Shown here piece by piece: positions 1 through 13,862 of a DNA stretch of 64,000 nt. Numbering within the stretch: the first letter of the stretch is position 1; each line of letters begins with the position of its first letter. Both the position numbers and the translations under genes were made by a program. Source of the stretch: Tricharina praecox (lineage: Eukaryota). Under the pieces are notes generated by a model. It worked only from the letters and a program-made list of their open reading frames with translations, did no database searches and had not been told where the DNA came from. The stretch is taken from NCBI RefSeq assembly GCF_024521635.1, contig NW_026250409.1, positions 434,001 through 498,000 on the forward strand, read 5' to 3'.

Positions 1-2662
1 CGTTCGTTACACCTCCGCCATTCCCTCGCCGTTTCTCTGCTATTCATTCTTCACTCGCAACTCCTTTCTCGATCATTCTCCTCGTCAAATTCAACCCAAC
101 CGACGACCATTCGTGCGGACCTACCAAAACGCTAAGCATCTCTGTGCGTGGGGTTTTCAGTTCTCCACCGAAACTTGGGTGTTTTGAGGACATCGATTTC
201 GTATATAGTGGGATCGCAAGGACGAGTGACGAACATGTGAAGTACCCAGCCGGAGCCATACATCGGGGGCTTGGGTGTTCCACCTGTAGGCTGTAGGCAG
301 CAAGACGACAAGGCCAGGCTCCAGGGTACCGGAGTACGCAGAATGGCCACGATGGGCTGTCAGTGTTGAATGCGCCGGCCATGGCATACCTAATGGCGCC
401 AGAACAATCCATTATCCTGCCGGCTTTGAGGGTTGCTCCCGACACCGGACGGATATCGGTATTCTTCGTTGCGTACTCACGGCCACCTGCGACTCTGCGA
501 GCACTCTCCACTACCAGCCGTGAATGTGTAGCGGTAGTTGTGCACCGAGACCTGGTGTGGAGTGCTGGTAGCCGGCATGTATCGTCAAGTAGACAGTCGG
601 ATACGACAGCTTCTACGCACCACTGTTCCATTCTGGCCGTGGTTCTGTGGACCGTATTTTCGCCACATCCACAGTGCACACCAGACACGCTTCACTAGTG
701 AGCCAGAGAGCTAGACACGTCCTCCCAGCGAAGGGGAGTCGTTCGAATCTCGATCGTAGGGGGATCACGGGGTGTCCGTGTCGTTACGATGAATTGCCTT
801 CACATGAATCTGACGAAACGTCAGCAAACCGAAACGAACACAGCATGTGTACTATTCAACACTGGTAGATACTGCAGAGCTCGTGCTACGATCCCGTCCA
901 AATCACAGCAAAAAGCAAACACTATGTGCAGACTTCGACACTTATGTAGAGCAGAACCGACCCCGCCCATGGGCCCGGTAGCCGTATTTATGTAGAGTAT
1001 CTAGAGCCCCTTCAATCCTCAGGCTTCAGCCCCCGCCCCCACCTCTACATTGCCCGCACGCACGCAATCTTATCTTATCACAGTCGACGCCCTGCAAGAT
1101 GCCACCCACATCAGCATCAGAGGAGCCTAAAGGACCAAGTTCCAACTTTACCAGAGTACTCTATTACCATTCCATCCGAAGAAAACCCAAACCGCCGTCT
1201 TAATTTTCCGTCCAATTCATTTCTTTCATTTCTTTCGTCCCTTTCATCCCTCGGCCCCGCCAGAGTAAATCATACGAAATCATATGATTCCCCGAGCGTC
1301 CGCGGCCGGCTGCAATTTGCCTCTCTCTCTCTCTTTCTTTTTACCCCCTCCCCCATTCGGAATTTCCCAAAATCTGCCCTCTTGTAGTTAACCTACCTAC
1401 CCTTACTCTGGGTCTCTAGGTAGGTAGAGTACTGCCGGATCTTCGCGAAGGTAAGTTAGTCCCGAAGTGGGACTGCGGCGGCTAACTATGGCTATGGAAG
1501 TATCTACCGAGCTCTGAGCTCTCTCTCGTTTTCGTTCGGGAGGAGCCAGGAGGAGGAAAAGAGGGAAAAGAAAGAAAGTTTGCGTCCGCACCGACGAATT
1601 CAGCCTGCGTTCTCCGAATGCAGCGCGGCGGGGCGTACGGGGCGGGGCGTACGGTATGTGGTAGGTATGTGGGACGGTCGCGCACATGGCCCGGTGGTAC
1701 GGAAAGGCGTTCGAATCAGAATGTAGAGCAGGTACATAAGGACATGAGGGGTGGGGCATATAGGAACATACATACGTGCGGAGTACATACTTACGCACGC
1801 ACATGACGGCAGCGGCGGGCAGGAAGCGAATTGCGAATGTACTAGTTACTTTGCGGTACCAGTGTTTCCGTGAGTAGGTACCGGTGGGTATGGGTATGTG
1901 TGATGTCCCTTATCGTGATGTGATGTCTCGAGGCTTTGCAGGGGAAAGAACAAAATCCGAATCGGCAGCCAGCCAGCCAGCCAGGCAATAATCCTCCGCC
2001 GTATCACTGGACGAATACCAGCCAGTCATCAGTAAACTGAGTCTCCAGCTGAAAAGAAACAGAAAAAGAAAAAGAAGAAGGAAAAGGAAGATGTAAATCA
2101 AAAGAAACAAACAAACAAACAAGTGAAGAGACAACCAACCAACCAATGGCGTCAGTCCCCGACGAATTATCGACATGCGATCCGAATGCGGCAACGGGCT
2201 GTTTCTTGGGGGCCAAAAAAGCAATGTTTACCAGGACTTCCGGTCATCCCATCCTGAGATATCGTTAGATACATGACTCGGGGAGGCAGGTAAGTACTCT
2301 ACTTACATAGCAATGGGAAATACAACATTCCGCCTATTATTCCCATTCCCTTAGATCGTTCTGCCAATTTAACCTAAAGGAATTATGAAAATCATATTCG
2401 TCTCGCGCCTCCCCCTTCACCAGCCCAGTAGCATTCCGGTCCGTAAGGCTTCGTGGGATCATGGGCAAGCCTCAGGGTCGATATTCAACAACAACAACCG
2501 CAATATCCGCATTGGCATGAATGCTGGCCGCGATGGAACTCGGATTAAGCGCACTCGCCACCGACCGACCGGCAGGCATTCCCTCTCTCTCTCTCTCTTA
2601 ACCCTAATTCTCGGCCCTTAATCTCGCATACCAAATCCGGCGGCAAATGCTAAACCCCCGGA

Positions 2663-2704
2663 TTCAACGAGGGTTCAACGAGGGTTCAACGAGGGTTCAA
2701 CGAG
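2663..2704. repeat. 11-bp tandem repeat (TTCAACGAGGG) x~4
   Basis: Read directly from the sequence. Confidence 0.9.
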
Positions 2705-4525
2705 TAACCAACGGTTCTGTTCTGTGGCCAGGCGACGCCTCCCCCTGCGCATGGGGGATGGGATGAAGGATGGGGGATGGGATGGAATGCTGTCTCGTGT
2801 CTCGTCTGAGTTCTTCGCCGCTCAGATCAGTCTCGCCGTGCCATTGGCCTCTCGTTGGCCTCTCGCCTCGGCAGTTGCTGGAAGTTGCTGGTAATTTCCG
2901 GGTCCAGTGACCGCCGCTGGGTTGGGGTGGACGGGGAGACGGGGGACGAGGGGACGGGGGTGGAGGATTGTTGTTCCCTTCCTCCGGCGTGGGCTCCGGT
3001 ACAGTAGGTAGATGCTCAAACTGCCGACATCTAGATTCTACAATGTCCATGGACGGTGGACCATCGGGGACGGCTTCGGATCCGCGATCTTAGCGCTGCT
3101 GCTCCGGTACTGTGCTGTGCTGAGTTGGGCTTCCACCAAGGCACGATGTGATAGTAGATACCCACACAGCCGGAATGGAAGATATTCAGGAACGAGGGGT
3201 GTTGGACTTTGGTTGAATCAGGAGTATGATGTATGGTGCCTTCGGGAGCGGACTCCGGAGGGATCTAGGCACTAACTAACGAGTGTACGGTTGTGGTAGT
3301 GGTATGTAGTAGCGATGTAGTAGTGATGTTTGGGGGCAAGTAGGCGAGGGGTATTAGTTAAGCTTAAGCTTCCATGTGGTCTGTAGATCTTGGGGGCAGC
3401 CGTGGGCCGTGGGCCGTATCCGCATCCAACCCAGTGAACCCACCACAGCTTCGACAAAAACCAAAACCAAAACATTGAAACACCGACTGCCACTGCTCGA
3501 TAACTCAGAGAAACATGGAGTAATAGGTAGGTGTACTGGAACCTAGAAAGACTACTGTTCTAGGCCCGGTTACCCCAGGCTCCATCCGTGATCGTTGTCC
3601 ACCGACTATCCGAACCCACGACGTCAACACCAGTTAATGGAGGACTTTAAACACCCGATCCGGAAACGCGAGTGCTCTTCCGTGACTTCCCTTCGCATCC
3701 CATCCCATCCCATCCCTTCGCCTCGATCCCACTTGATCTGTCCTGTCCTCTCCTGTGCATCCTACTTCCCACTTAAGCACCAACTTCCAAGGTTCGAGCT
3801 CTTATCTGCAATCGAAACACGTAGGAGAAAAGCTAACCAACTTACTGGTCACTGCCGCTGCCGCTGCGGTGCGGATACATACCCTGCACACATCGATACC
3901 GGTACCTATGATGTATCCACTGCTGGCCGGTGGGGACATCCGAAGCACACCCCAAAGCACACAGTGCGGAATCGGAATGCCAAGCAGGGGGTGGGGGGAT
4001 GGACACGGGGGTTCGGATTCTTCAGAGATTCTTCAGAGCAGAGCTGGCTCTGGGGGTGGGGGTGTACATAAGGAACGCCTTCGTCGTCTTATTCGGTTTA
4101 GTGTTTAGTGAGTGGGTGAGTAAGTGAGCTCTGACGACCTCCATTCACCCCAAGCAAGCAAGCTATGATATGTCGGTATTTAAGAAGTACGTACCGTATG
4201 TCTGCAGAAGCTTCCTTCACTCGTCAGGATCGATCCGAACACGTACCCACTTCTACCTACCAACCTACCCAGTACCTACCGTCTGTACTACAACACTACA
4301 ACACTACAACGTTTTAAACCCGGGCCTTCCTCCGGCCTGCCTACAGCAAGCCACACCTCACGCACCCACCACGCACCCTCGACCCCCGATATCGGGGCTC
4401 GCCGGGAGTGCGGCGGCAACGCACGCACTCCCACTTCACCACTTCACCACTTCACCACGCATCTCGACTGACGACTGACGACGACAGGTACGTAAAGAAT
4501 GCCAGCCAGGTGCAGTACATACAGG

Positions 4526-4557
<32 letters not shown>

Positions 4558-5280
4558 GCAGGCAGGCACGCAGTCTCCTCCCATCCATCCTTCGGCGGTC
4601 CCCTTCCCTTCTCACCCAGCCACCATCCACACCATCCACACCTCTCCACCGCCGCACCCCACCCATCCCAGCCCACCACACCGCCGCACCCCAGCCCCCA
4701 ATCCCCAGCCAGCCCGAAGAACAGCAATTCCGGCCCTCGATTGGCTGGCGAGTACTACTCTAATACACCTACCCGCAGGAGACTCTGATCATATGAGTGA
4801 AAACCCACAGGCGAGTCGAGTCGTGCTGCACCCTACCGTACATAGAAGAGAAAAAAAAGAACAGCACATAGGTTCCGTCGCGGGCCCTTGTACTCTACAT
4901 GCCATGCTGCTGCTGCGGCGGTATGTATGGTGAATGCATCTCGCAGCAAGTAAAGCAGCAAGCAGTGTGCAGGTAGGCAGCGCCCTCGTTTCTTTTCCTT
5001 TCCCTTTTCTTTTCGAAATCCTCTATGAAGTACCTATGATAGAAGATGCCTTCTTCTTCTTCTTCTTTTGCTTGGCTCTCACTTACGGATGGTAGGCAAC
5101 GAATGTGAGGTAGATAGAGCCTAGAGAGATAGAGAGAGATGTGGTCCCGTATGTAGGAGAAAGTCCTTTCTTTTCCTTTCCTCTTATTTCTTTCCCCTCC
5201 GGAACCCACTTCCCCTCCGGAACCCACTTCCCCTCCCCGGCCCTCCCACACCCACCCCGGGACGAACCGCAAGACATCTG

Positions 5281-5340
5281 TACTGTACCTACTGTGCCTA
5301 CTGTGCCTACTGTGCCTACTGTGCCTACTGTGCCTACTGT
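5281..5340. repeat. 9-bp tandem repeat (GTGCCTACT)n
   Basis: Read directly; it produces the spurious TVPTVP/SRHSRH ORFs. Confidence 0.9.
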
Positions 5341-6103
5341 ATTGTACATACTGCTCGCATCGATTGGATTGGATTGGATTGATTGACTGATTGATTGATT
5401 GATTGGCAACACCGATTGTACCTGTTGATGTGGTGTGTGTGTGTGTGTGATTCATCGAAGTTCAGAGCTGAGCTGAGCTGGAACTCCAGTCTCCATCCCC
5501 TTCCTCTGCCCGTCCCCGTCAACCAGCAGACATATTCTTCTTTGTTTCTTCCTCACTCTCAATTACCAGTACTAGTGTAGTATATATCATCACCATCGTT
5601 CACGACAGACGTCGATACATACCTCATACGTACGAAAGCTACCCACCACCGCCTACCACCTTGCCCGACCTTCGCTTCGTTGGCGGCTCCTCCGTACATA
5701 CATACCCACATATACCGCCGCAGTGCCAGTGCAAATGGGTAGCTTGCCAATGGGTAGCTTGCCGATGGGGTGAGGGGGAGGGGTGTGGGCTGGTGGGGCT
5801 GGTGTGCGCGCCGACTGCGCTCCAGAGTCCAGAGTCTAGATAAGATCGGGAATTTATCCAGACCACTGGAAGCTCTGGAGACGAAAAGCCATGTGGTCTG
5901 GTCTGTGGTCTGGTCTGTTGATACCTACTATACCTACATGGTCCCCGGCTGCCGGGGGCGAGTAGCATAGAGTGATGAGTACTTGGTAAGACTAGAGTAG
6001 GTAGTGGAGTAGGGTGAGCGAGCGAGCGAGGAGCGGGAAGGAGCCTGGAGGCGGATGAAGACGGGGAGGAAGGAAGGAAGGGAGGAAGAAGGAAGGATGT
6101 ATA

Positions 6104-6170
6104 GAAGGAAGGAAGGAAGGAAGGAAGGAAGGAAGGAAGGAAGGAAGGAAGGAAGGAAGGAAGGAAGGAA
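6104..6170. repeat. (GGAA)n microsatellite
   Basis: Read directly. Confidence 0.95.
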
Positions 6171-7595
6171 GCAAGCGAAAAGGTGACATGGTGGAAAACG
6201 CGTGGCCGAGTGACCAACCTAACACGCAGGGTACATCAGTACATAGAGTACGGACGGATATCGGGTCCCTCGTAAGGTTCGATTCGAGCATCGTCTAGGT
6301 TAGAATACCCCGCTCACGGGCAAAAGCAAAATAAAAACATGATTTGTTTCTCCTTGTATGTAGAAATATGGGAAGGAAGGGAAAAAGATGAGGGGTGCAC
6401 GATGTGGGCGTCGAGCGAGCGCAAGCGCCCGGGCCCATGGTCAAAAAGAACAATTGCAAGTGACCCCCTCCTCCGCCCATTTTTGTTCGAGTAATTACGG
6501 GTAAAATTTCGACGTTCTAAGATTTCAAGGTTGTTGCCTCCTCCGTCAGCAACGTAGCTGCCTCTTGGAGGACGTGGTTGGCCGATTTTTCATTAAAATT
6601 CATATCACGGTTGCACGATGTTTGGATGAGCGGCAGTTGTGTTTGGTACTGCTGTTGCTGTTGTTGTTGCTACTGTTGTTGCTGTTGTTGCTGTTGGTGA
6701 TGATGTTGGTGATGATGGTGATGGTGATATTAATGACGATGATGCAGATGATGATGGTGGTGATGGTGGTGATAACTAATGATGATGACGGGGTGGTAGT
6801 GGTGGTAGTGGTGATGATGGTGGTGGAGGTGGTGAAGGTATCATAGATACCAGATAGCGGTGGTTATGGTTGGTTGGTGGCGGCAGGTGGTTAGCAAGTT
6901 AGCAAGTTAGCAACTTGTCAGTAGGTATTTTCTTTTCCTCGCATCCCGAAGAGTTGAGTGGATGAGCTTCCTTTTCGCGTCGACCGTCGTCCATTGACCG
7001 TCGTCCTCTCCCCCTCCAAGTTCCAAGTTCCAACCCCGCGGCGGTAAACACGGAATTTCCAAAATGAAGATATAGTCGGAATGTAACATTGAGGAAAAAA
7101 ATATACTTTCATTAAAGTACCTTGCTCCTCTCCCCCATCCATCCCTAAGGGCTTTCTCTCTCCTCTTTGGGGAGAAGGGAGAAGGGTGATTGCGGGTCTG
7201 GTCTCGTGGCGCGTACATACATACAAATCATACATACCGTACAGTACAGTACAGTACAGCGGTCAATCGGGATGTTGGATATATGCTCAGCTGCGTGAGC
7301 GCTACGATCCCCATCCCATCCTGCAAGGGACGGGGCGGGACTCCACACGCGTACGTACACTGCGTACATACACTGCGGACGGACGGGTCTCAGCGAGCGA
7401 GCGAGCGAGCAAGGTCAACCACCGATGTAGAGTATATATCAGAATCCGGAATCCGTGGGTTGCTGAATCCGAGCTGTGGGTGACGGATGCACCTCTCCCC
7501 CTCCCCTTCCATTCCCGCTTCCTCTAGATTGGACATATATTCCAGCCAACGTATGGGTTGTGTTTTACAATTGCTTTGCTTGCTTCAGAGTTGGG

Positions 7596-7675
7596 GGGAG
7601 GAAGGGGGGAGGAAGGGGGAGGAAGGGGGGAGGAAGGGGGAGGAAGGGGGGAGGAAGGGGGAGGAAGGGGGGAGG
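7596..7675. repeat. Polypurine (GGAGGAAGGGG)n minisatellite
   Basis: Read directly; units are 10-11 bp with a variable G-run. Confidence 0.85.
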
Positions 7676-7961
7676 TTTGGTGTAGGATGGTGGTGGTGGT
7701 GGTGGTGGTGGAAGGAGGGGTTTCGATGTGGGTAGGGGCCCACCGGGTGGGGGAGGGGGAGGGGGGATTGCGAGAGCGCGGATCTGATATTGCTGCATGT
7801 ACGAGTGTGAAGACGGAAGTGGTGAACCAAGCTGTCGGGAACGATAGGAAATTGGAAATTTGACCGGAGGATGGTTAGGGAGGAAGGTCAGTCTACTTCT
7901 GCTCAGGGAACAATTTAAGGAGTTTTAAAGTAAGTAAGTGCGTACATGCTTAATTGCTCTT

Positions 7962-7964
7962 TTT

Positions 7965-8021
<57 letters not shown>
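7962..8021. repeat. (TTTC)n microsatellite
   Basis: Read directly. Confidence 0.95.
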
Positions 8022-8024
<3 letters not shown>

Positions 8025-10287
8025 TTCTTTCTCATTCTCTTTCTTTCTTTTCCTTTCCGATTTATCTAGAGTATCTGCCTGACGGGTAAGTACGATAAGT
8101 GAGTACTCTAGGTGAATGAGCAGGTGAAGTGAGTAGGTGAATGGGTACTTGGTAGGCAAGTGGGTACTTGGGTAGGTGGTACCAGTACCTACGTGGGGTT
8201 TCTTCATCATTTCGCCTTCATTTCCGTATTGCCCGTAGTGTCGTTACTGCATCAAGAGGTTGTGTGGAGTGGTGGCCGGTTGGCTTCATGTGAAGTTGGA
8301 TTCGAAGCGGTTCGATATGATATGACAGCCCCCCCCCCCCCCCCATCGCCACGTTATTTCCGCTATCGGTCGAAATTCGAGAGTTTTTCGAGAAGTCCGT
8401 GCTCTGGAGTCCGATACGCGCCGGACAAGTCGAGTGCTGCGCGCTCAACACGCTGCATGCACAGCACGCCCGCAGAACACGCAGAACACGGGGTCACGAG
8501 TAGCGGTAGCGTAGTAGCCGGAAGCAAGTCACAACGCGCCTAACATGCATTGCGCGAATCATTGCGCTGTAGAGTAGGTAGGTGATGCTCCATGTGCTAG
8601 AGTAGAGTGGAGTAGAGCAGAGGAAAGGCCGAGTATGTAGGTGCACTACTACTCACATGGTACCTATAGTACTCTCCTTGTCGACCCTGCCGTGTCGTGC
8701 AGTACAAGCAAGAAGCAAGCAGGCATTGGCCGTGGCAGCAGAGGACTCGAACTGCCCCAATTGTAAAGCAAGTCCGCTACCACTCGCAGCCGCAGTGCGA
8801 CATCGATGCGATCATGATCCGTCAACACCGTGATGTCAGCCTCAGCATCGCCGAACATCCCGTATCTTAGCTCGTGGTCGAGTCCCTCCTTCGTCTCCTC
8901 CCACGCGAGAGCTCGAGGCGGGGGAGTGGGATCGGATGCGTATGCGTGGAGCGTATAACTAGTACAACACAAGCGAGGCTCGTGACGAGCTCGAGACGAG
9001 GAGGAGCAAGAAGAGGAAGAGGAAGAAGAAGGAGAATGAGAAGAAGAAGAGGATGACGATGATGAAGAAGGTGTTGTAGAGTACGCTACGCATACGGCAG
9101 GCCGGTCGATGGATCGGAAAGCAAGAAAGGAAGCACCTGCTCTCACTCCAGACATTCCAGGTACCAGGAACGCTTAGTCGAATCGGGAAACGATGGCGTT
9201 GCGTCGCTCGCTAGAGTGGAAACGCAACGTTTTGCTGGAATTCCCCACCACAACGCGACCACGACCACGACCCACCGCGACCACGACCACTGCCACCACC
9301 TCCACCACCACCATCAGCACCTCCACCACTCCACCACCACTAACTCCACCACCACCCAACTACAGCCAGCGACCAGCGGCCAGCGGACCAGCGACCGTGC
9401 GACCGTGCAACCGTTAAAGGCTAGTCAGCGAGACATGAGATGGGGATGATGGGGCGGATGAAGAATCGAGAAAGCGGGTTAAGCGAGCGAGTGGACAACG
9501 CAGAATTTTGCTGTACGTATGCTGCTGCGTATATGAGATGTAACGATACAGCTCCGGATCCCGAATCGATGGCTGGTGGTGGAGGTGGAGGGTAGACGTC
9601 GTCGACGTGTGTGGTGTGTGTGTGGCAGCCATTCTCCTACGTTGCCCTCGGCCTCACCCCTCCATGGCTTCATCACCAGCACAACTAACCAGCATCACCA
9701 TCGCCGGCATCACCAGTACCAGCGTCCATCGCTCTTTTTTTTTCTTTCTCTTTCTGATTTTTTTTTCCGAATTTTTTTTCCTCTCTCGCTCGCTGTCCTT
9801 CTTTTGTGCCGGGTTGGGGGATGCAGGAATCGAAAAAGGTGGTGTGGTGACTTTTGCAGTGACAACTGGCTCCAACAGGGATCCCGTTTTCGGGTTGGTT
9901 CGTCCCATTACTGATTTATTTTATTTTCGCGCATTTTTCGCTCTCGCTGTGATACGAGCTCGAGCATCGGTGGTAGTCACGCCTGTCCCTTTGCTGCCTG
10001 GACTGACTCGCGCTCTCTCGCTCACTCACCCGCTCACTCGCGCTCTCGCACTGCCTATCTTCCTCTCGCATGCGGCCTTGACGACATCATCATCGCACTA
10101 AGCTGTGAGCTGTACACTACTCGTACATACATGTCCTGTGTGTCCGCGCAGGCATCATCGGTTGTGTGCTACAATGCAACGTCAGGTAGAAGAGTCCCTC
10201 GGGCTCCGGGCTCGGCGAGGGGGGAGAGAGATAGATGAATGGATGGGGGCAGGATGGGGGGGGATTGCGGATGCTCTGGGGTGCGGA

Positions 10288-10390
10288 GATGAGCGTCAGA
10301 GAGATAGAGTACATGGAGCGTGAAGGATGCTAACGATGAGCGTCAGAGAGATAGAGTGGGCAGAGCGTGGAGGATGCTAAAGACGATGAG
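10288..10390. repeat. ~47-bp imperfect tandem duplication
   Basis: GATGAGCGTCAGAGAGATAGAGT...GAGCGTG(A/G)AGGATGCTAA occurs twice in tandem. Confidence 0.85.
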
Positions 10391-12461
10391 TGCCCACACG
10401 GTCAACGTGCCTGGGTATATGTGAGTTGTTGTCCTTAGAGTGGCTGGCCACACGTATGTACGTTCGAACTCGATGGATCATCGAAGGGGCCGTGGCCGCG
10501 GCCGGCACGGTACCTGCCTTGCCAGTACGTACCGGTAGTAAGCCTGACCTACCTATCTCGAGAGATCAAGCATCGGTGCCTGGCGCTGGTGCTGCTGGCT
10601 GGTTGGATGACTGGCTGGCTGGATGCTTGGTGCGTGTGTGCTTGGATGCTTGTATGTTTTGTATGCCCGTAGTTACCGTATGGTATGCTCGTATGCCCGT
10701 ATGCTTGGATGCCATGTCCGAGTGCTTGTGGTGAGCAGTGCCGTACCTCCCGCAAGCATTCTGACTCTGATACTCTCATCCGTATTAGTTGGTGGATGCC
10801 CGTGGATTGTTTGTACGGCTTCAAGTTGTCGCTCGTTGTTTGGGCTTCATGCTACGGACAGCGGTTGAAGACGCCTTCTATTCGATCGAAAAGCTCGACG
10901 TCGAGTTCCTAAGCGTGTTCCGCATGGGATTTTCTCGATGTCTGGCCATTCCGGTGGTTTCTTTTTTCGAATTATCCCTCGTCCCGCCGAGGTCCACCGC
11001 TTCCATCGTACGCCTCGTCTTGTTCGAGCTCCAGCCGACCAACTTCACGCCCACGCTCCAACTAGCCCTTCCGCTTTCTCGCGCCTTGTTTGGCTTGATC
11101 GGAATTGTTGGGTTTCCCCCCTCCCCGTCCCACTCCCCCTCCCCTCTTCCGCTCGTTCATTACCGACTCAACCCCCATCAGCTATCCTCCATCCATCCAT
11201 CCATCCATCTGATCCCTAGCTCCTTCCTCCTTCAACGTTGACTTTGCGCACTTCCCTCATCACGTATTCCCAGTGCCTTGGTAGCGGCGATTGACTGCGT
11301 GATACTGCTGCTGCTGCTGCGACTGCTGCTGCGACTGCTACCGCTTGCTACGGCACTGCATACTGCGGCTGCTAGAGTATCTCCAGTTCTGCGCAGATGC
11401 CGCAAAAACTGCTGTGCTGAGTTATCTATTCGGAAGTGTATTCGCTCCCTCACTCACCCAATTCAATTCAATTCTATTCAATCCGAATCAGCTGTTCTAA
11501 CCATTCAAAGATTCGGAACGGCTGCAAACCATCACCTCGGAAATCTCCTCGCTACGGCTCATCGTCCCCCTCCCCCGCTAAGGTTGGAGTATTTGACTGT
11601 AAAGCGAATTCCCGCTATAACTTTGTACCAAGTACCCGCCTCTTGCACTTTCCTCTTCCCCCGTCCATGTGCCCATCTCTCTTCGTTTCTTCCCCTCGAG
11701 CCAATCCTATTTAGTCCGTTCTGCTGGATCAAAGAAAGAAAGAAAAAGAAAGAAAGAAAGAAAGCAAAAAAAAAAAACATCAATCACGCTAAAACTTACG
11801 GAAAGAGAATTCAACAATCACCTCCACCTCTACCCTCCCTCCCTCCCCCCCTCACAAAATAAAATCCTAAATCGATTCCAAATCCAACAACCCACCCTTC
11901 TTCTCACTCTACCTTTTTCTCACCGCTATCACACACAAACCCCATTGCACCCCGGCCCTCCGCAAGCCCTGTTGTTCACTTCCCTTTCAGCAGCATCATC
12001 TCAAAAGCAAAGCAAATATTATTATTCCAACCCTCCTTTCTTTTTCACCAGCCCAATTGCGCTGATTTCCTCTTTGCCCTCCATCCCTCCATCCATCTTC
12101 AGCTCAGACAACTTCAAACAAGTCCCATTCCACTCAGGTTGGTTGAAAGTGAGGTTGCGCTCGTCCCGCCTTGCTCCCCCCCATTCCTCACAAACCCGGC
12201 CACCAGCCCTCCCCAAAACTACAAAAAAAAAACCCATCCCAAACTATCCACTACCCAAAAAAACTACCCACTACTACTACCACCACCACCACCGCTACCA
12301 CTACTAACACCACCCCCCCCCCCCCCCCCCCCCCCCCCTCCTGCCCACGCCTCACAACCACCCCCCTCCCCTCCCCTCCTCCCACCCACACCCCCCCCAG
12401 TCCGTACCTCATTCTATTCGCTCCCTTCCCTCCCTCCCTCTCTCCCCGGACTACATAATAT

Positions 12462-13862
12462 ATGCTGTCGCAATTGCGCACCGCCGTTGTTCCTCCTCCT
12501 CCACCATCTGCACACCAATTCACGCGTCACCCAAGACCTCCACCGTCACAGACCGTCCCCGGCTCACACTTATCACCGCTTGCTCCCGCGCCCCCACTAC
12601 AACTTCTGGTCAACGGTCACGCAAACGGCGCGTTGAGTAACAATTGGACGAGCGTCAATCACGACCCATACATACCGTTTCCCCACCACTCCGGCGCAAT
12701 GGCAGGCGGACCTCCTTGGACGGATGCGGAAAAGGTACGTAGTGATAGAAAGGACAGAAGGACGTTTGGCGCGGTTCGGCGCACTACAGCGGCGGCGGCG
12801 CCGGTGGTGGTAGTGGCGGCCCACCAGCGCCTAGGGAGACACGGTGTTTGCCCGTGTCGCCCGACATGCCGCTGACGTTGTGTGTCCTTCTTCGGCGTGG
12901 CGTTGGTGACCATGGTGGTGGCCGTGGTGGTGGTGGTTGTCGTGGTTGTTGTTGCAAGGAACGTTGATTGCTGACGCGCACCAAAAATTATTCGTGTACA
13001 CAACAGATCCAACTCTTGGTTGAAATCCTTAAGGACTGCGAGGTCGTCGCGCCGAATTGGCGCAACATCAGAGTCCCTTCTGGTCTGCGCTACCTCCCTC
13101 CTCCTCCCGCTCACCTCCCCCCAAACAGACTCGGAGCACCCTGCCTAATCGGTCCCCACCCCCGCTGACGCAAACATCCTATGTTCAGGGCGCACGAGTC
13201 TTCAGGCACAACAGATTTTCGCCCTCCTCACCACATCCCCGGATAACTCACCGGCAGCTTCCCCGACAGCTGTCTCGGCCCCCCCGCCGCCGCCGCCGCC
13301 TCCAGTGCAGCAGCAGCCGCCACCGCAACCGACAGCTGCCCCAACCCGTAAACGCTCGAATCCCTCGCAGAATCCCAATGCCCCTAAGCGCAAACGAGGC
13401 AGACCGTCCAAAGCAGATATCGCGCTACGAGAGCAATCGCAGGGTGGAACCTCTACTGCGACATGGCAGCCACAGATGTACACGCCCGACCAAGGTCGCG
13501 GAGGAGTTTCGTTGCTCGCGGCTGCCGTAGGAGGTGCCGCCGGTTCCCAACAGGGCTCGATACAGCAGCAGCTGAGCCAGTTGCCGCCATTGAAGAAGAA
13601 GAGGGGTCGACCCACGAAGGCGGAAATGGAGGCTAGGCGCGAGAGGGAGAGACTGGAGATTTTGGCCGCTCAGAGAGTACACGGTGGAGACCTCCCGGCG
13701 GATGTCGAGGAACAGGAACGACAGAAGCTCGAAACGGAGGAAGGACAGACACGCAGGCTCGGCAACGAATTGGAAGCAGAGCTGGCCGCTGCACAAGCCT
13801 TGGATATCGAGGATGATGATAGCGAAGAGGGCGGCGCCGATTCCCCGGATACGGAGGATTGA
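12462..13862 (+). CDS. Putative DNA-binding protein with a Myb/SANT-like segment and two AT-hooks (3 exons)
   Basis: Introns 12735-13006 (GTACGT..CAG) and 13083-13188 (GTCTGC..CAG) join WTDAEK|IQLLVEILKDCEVVAPNWRNIRVPS|GRTSLQAQQIF in frame. AT-hooks KRKRGRPSK and KKKRGRPTK, acidic tail. The start could instead be the ATG at 12699. Confidence 0.75.

Noticed and set aside
1..21. Possible first exon of a minus-strand gene (ATGGCGGAG then GT) at the window edge
   Set aside because: Too little sequence to support it.
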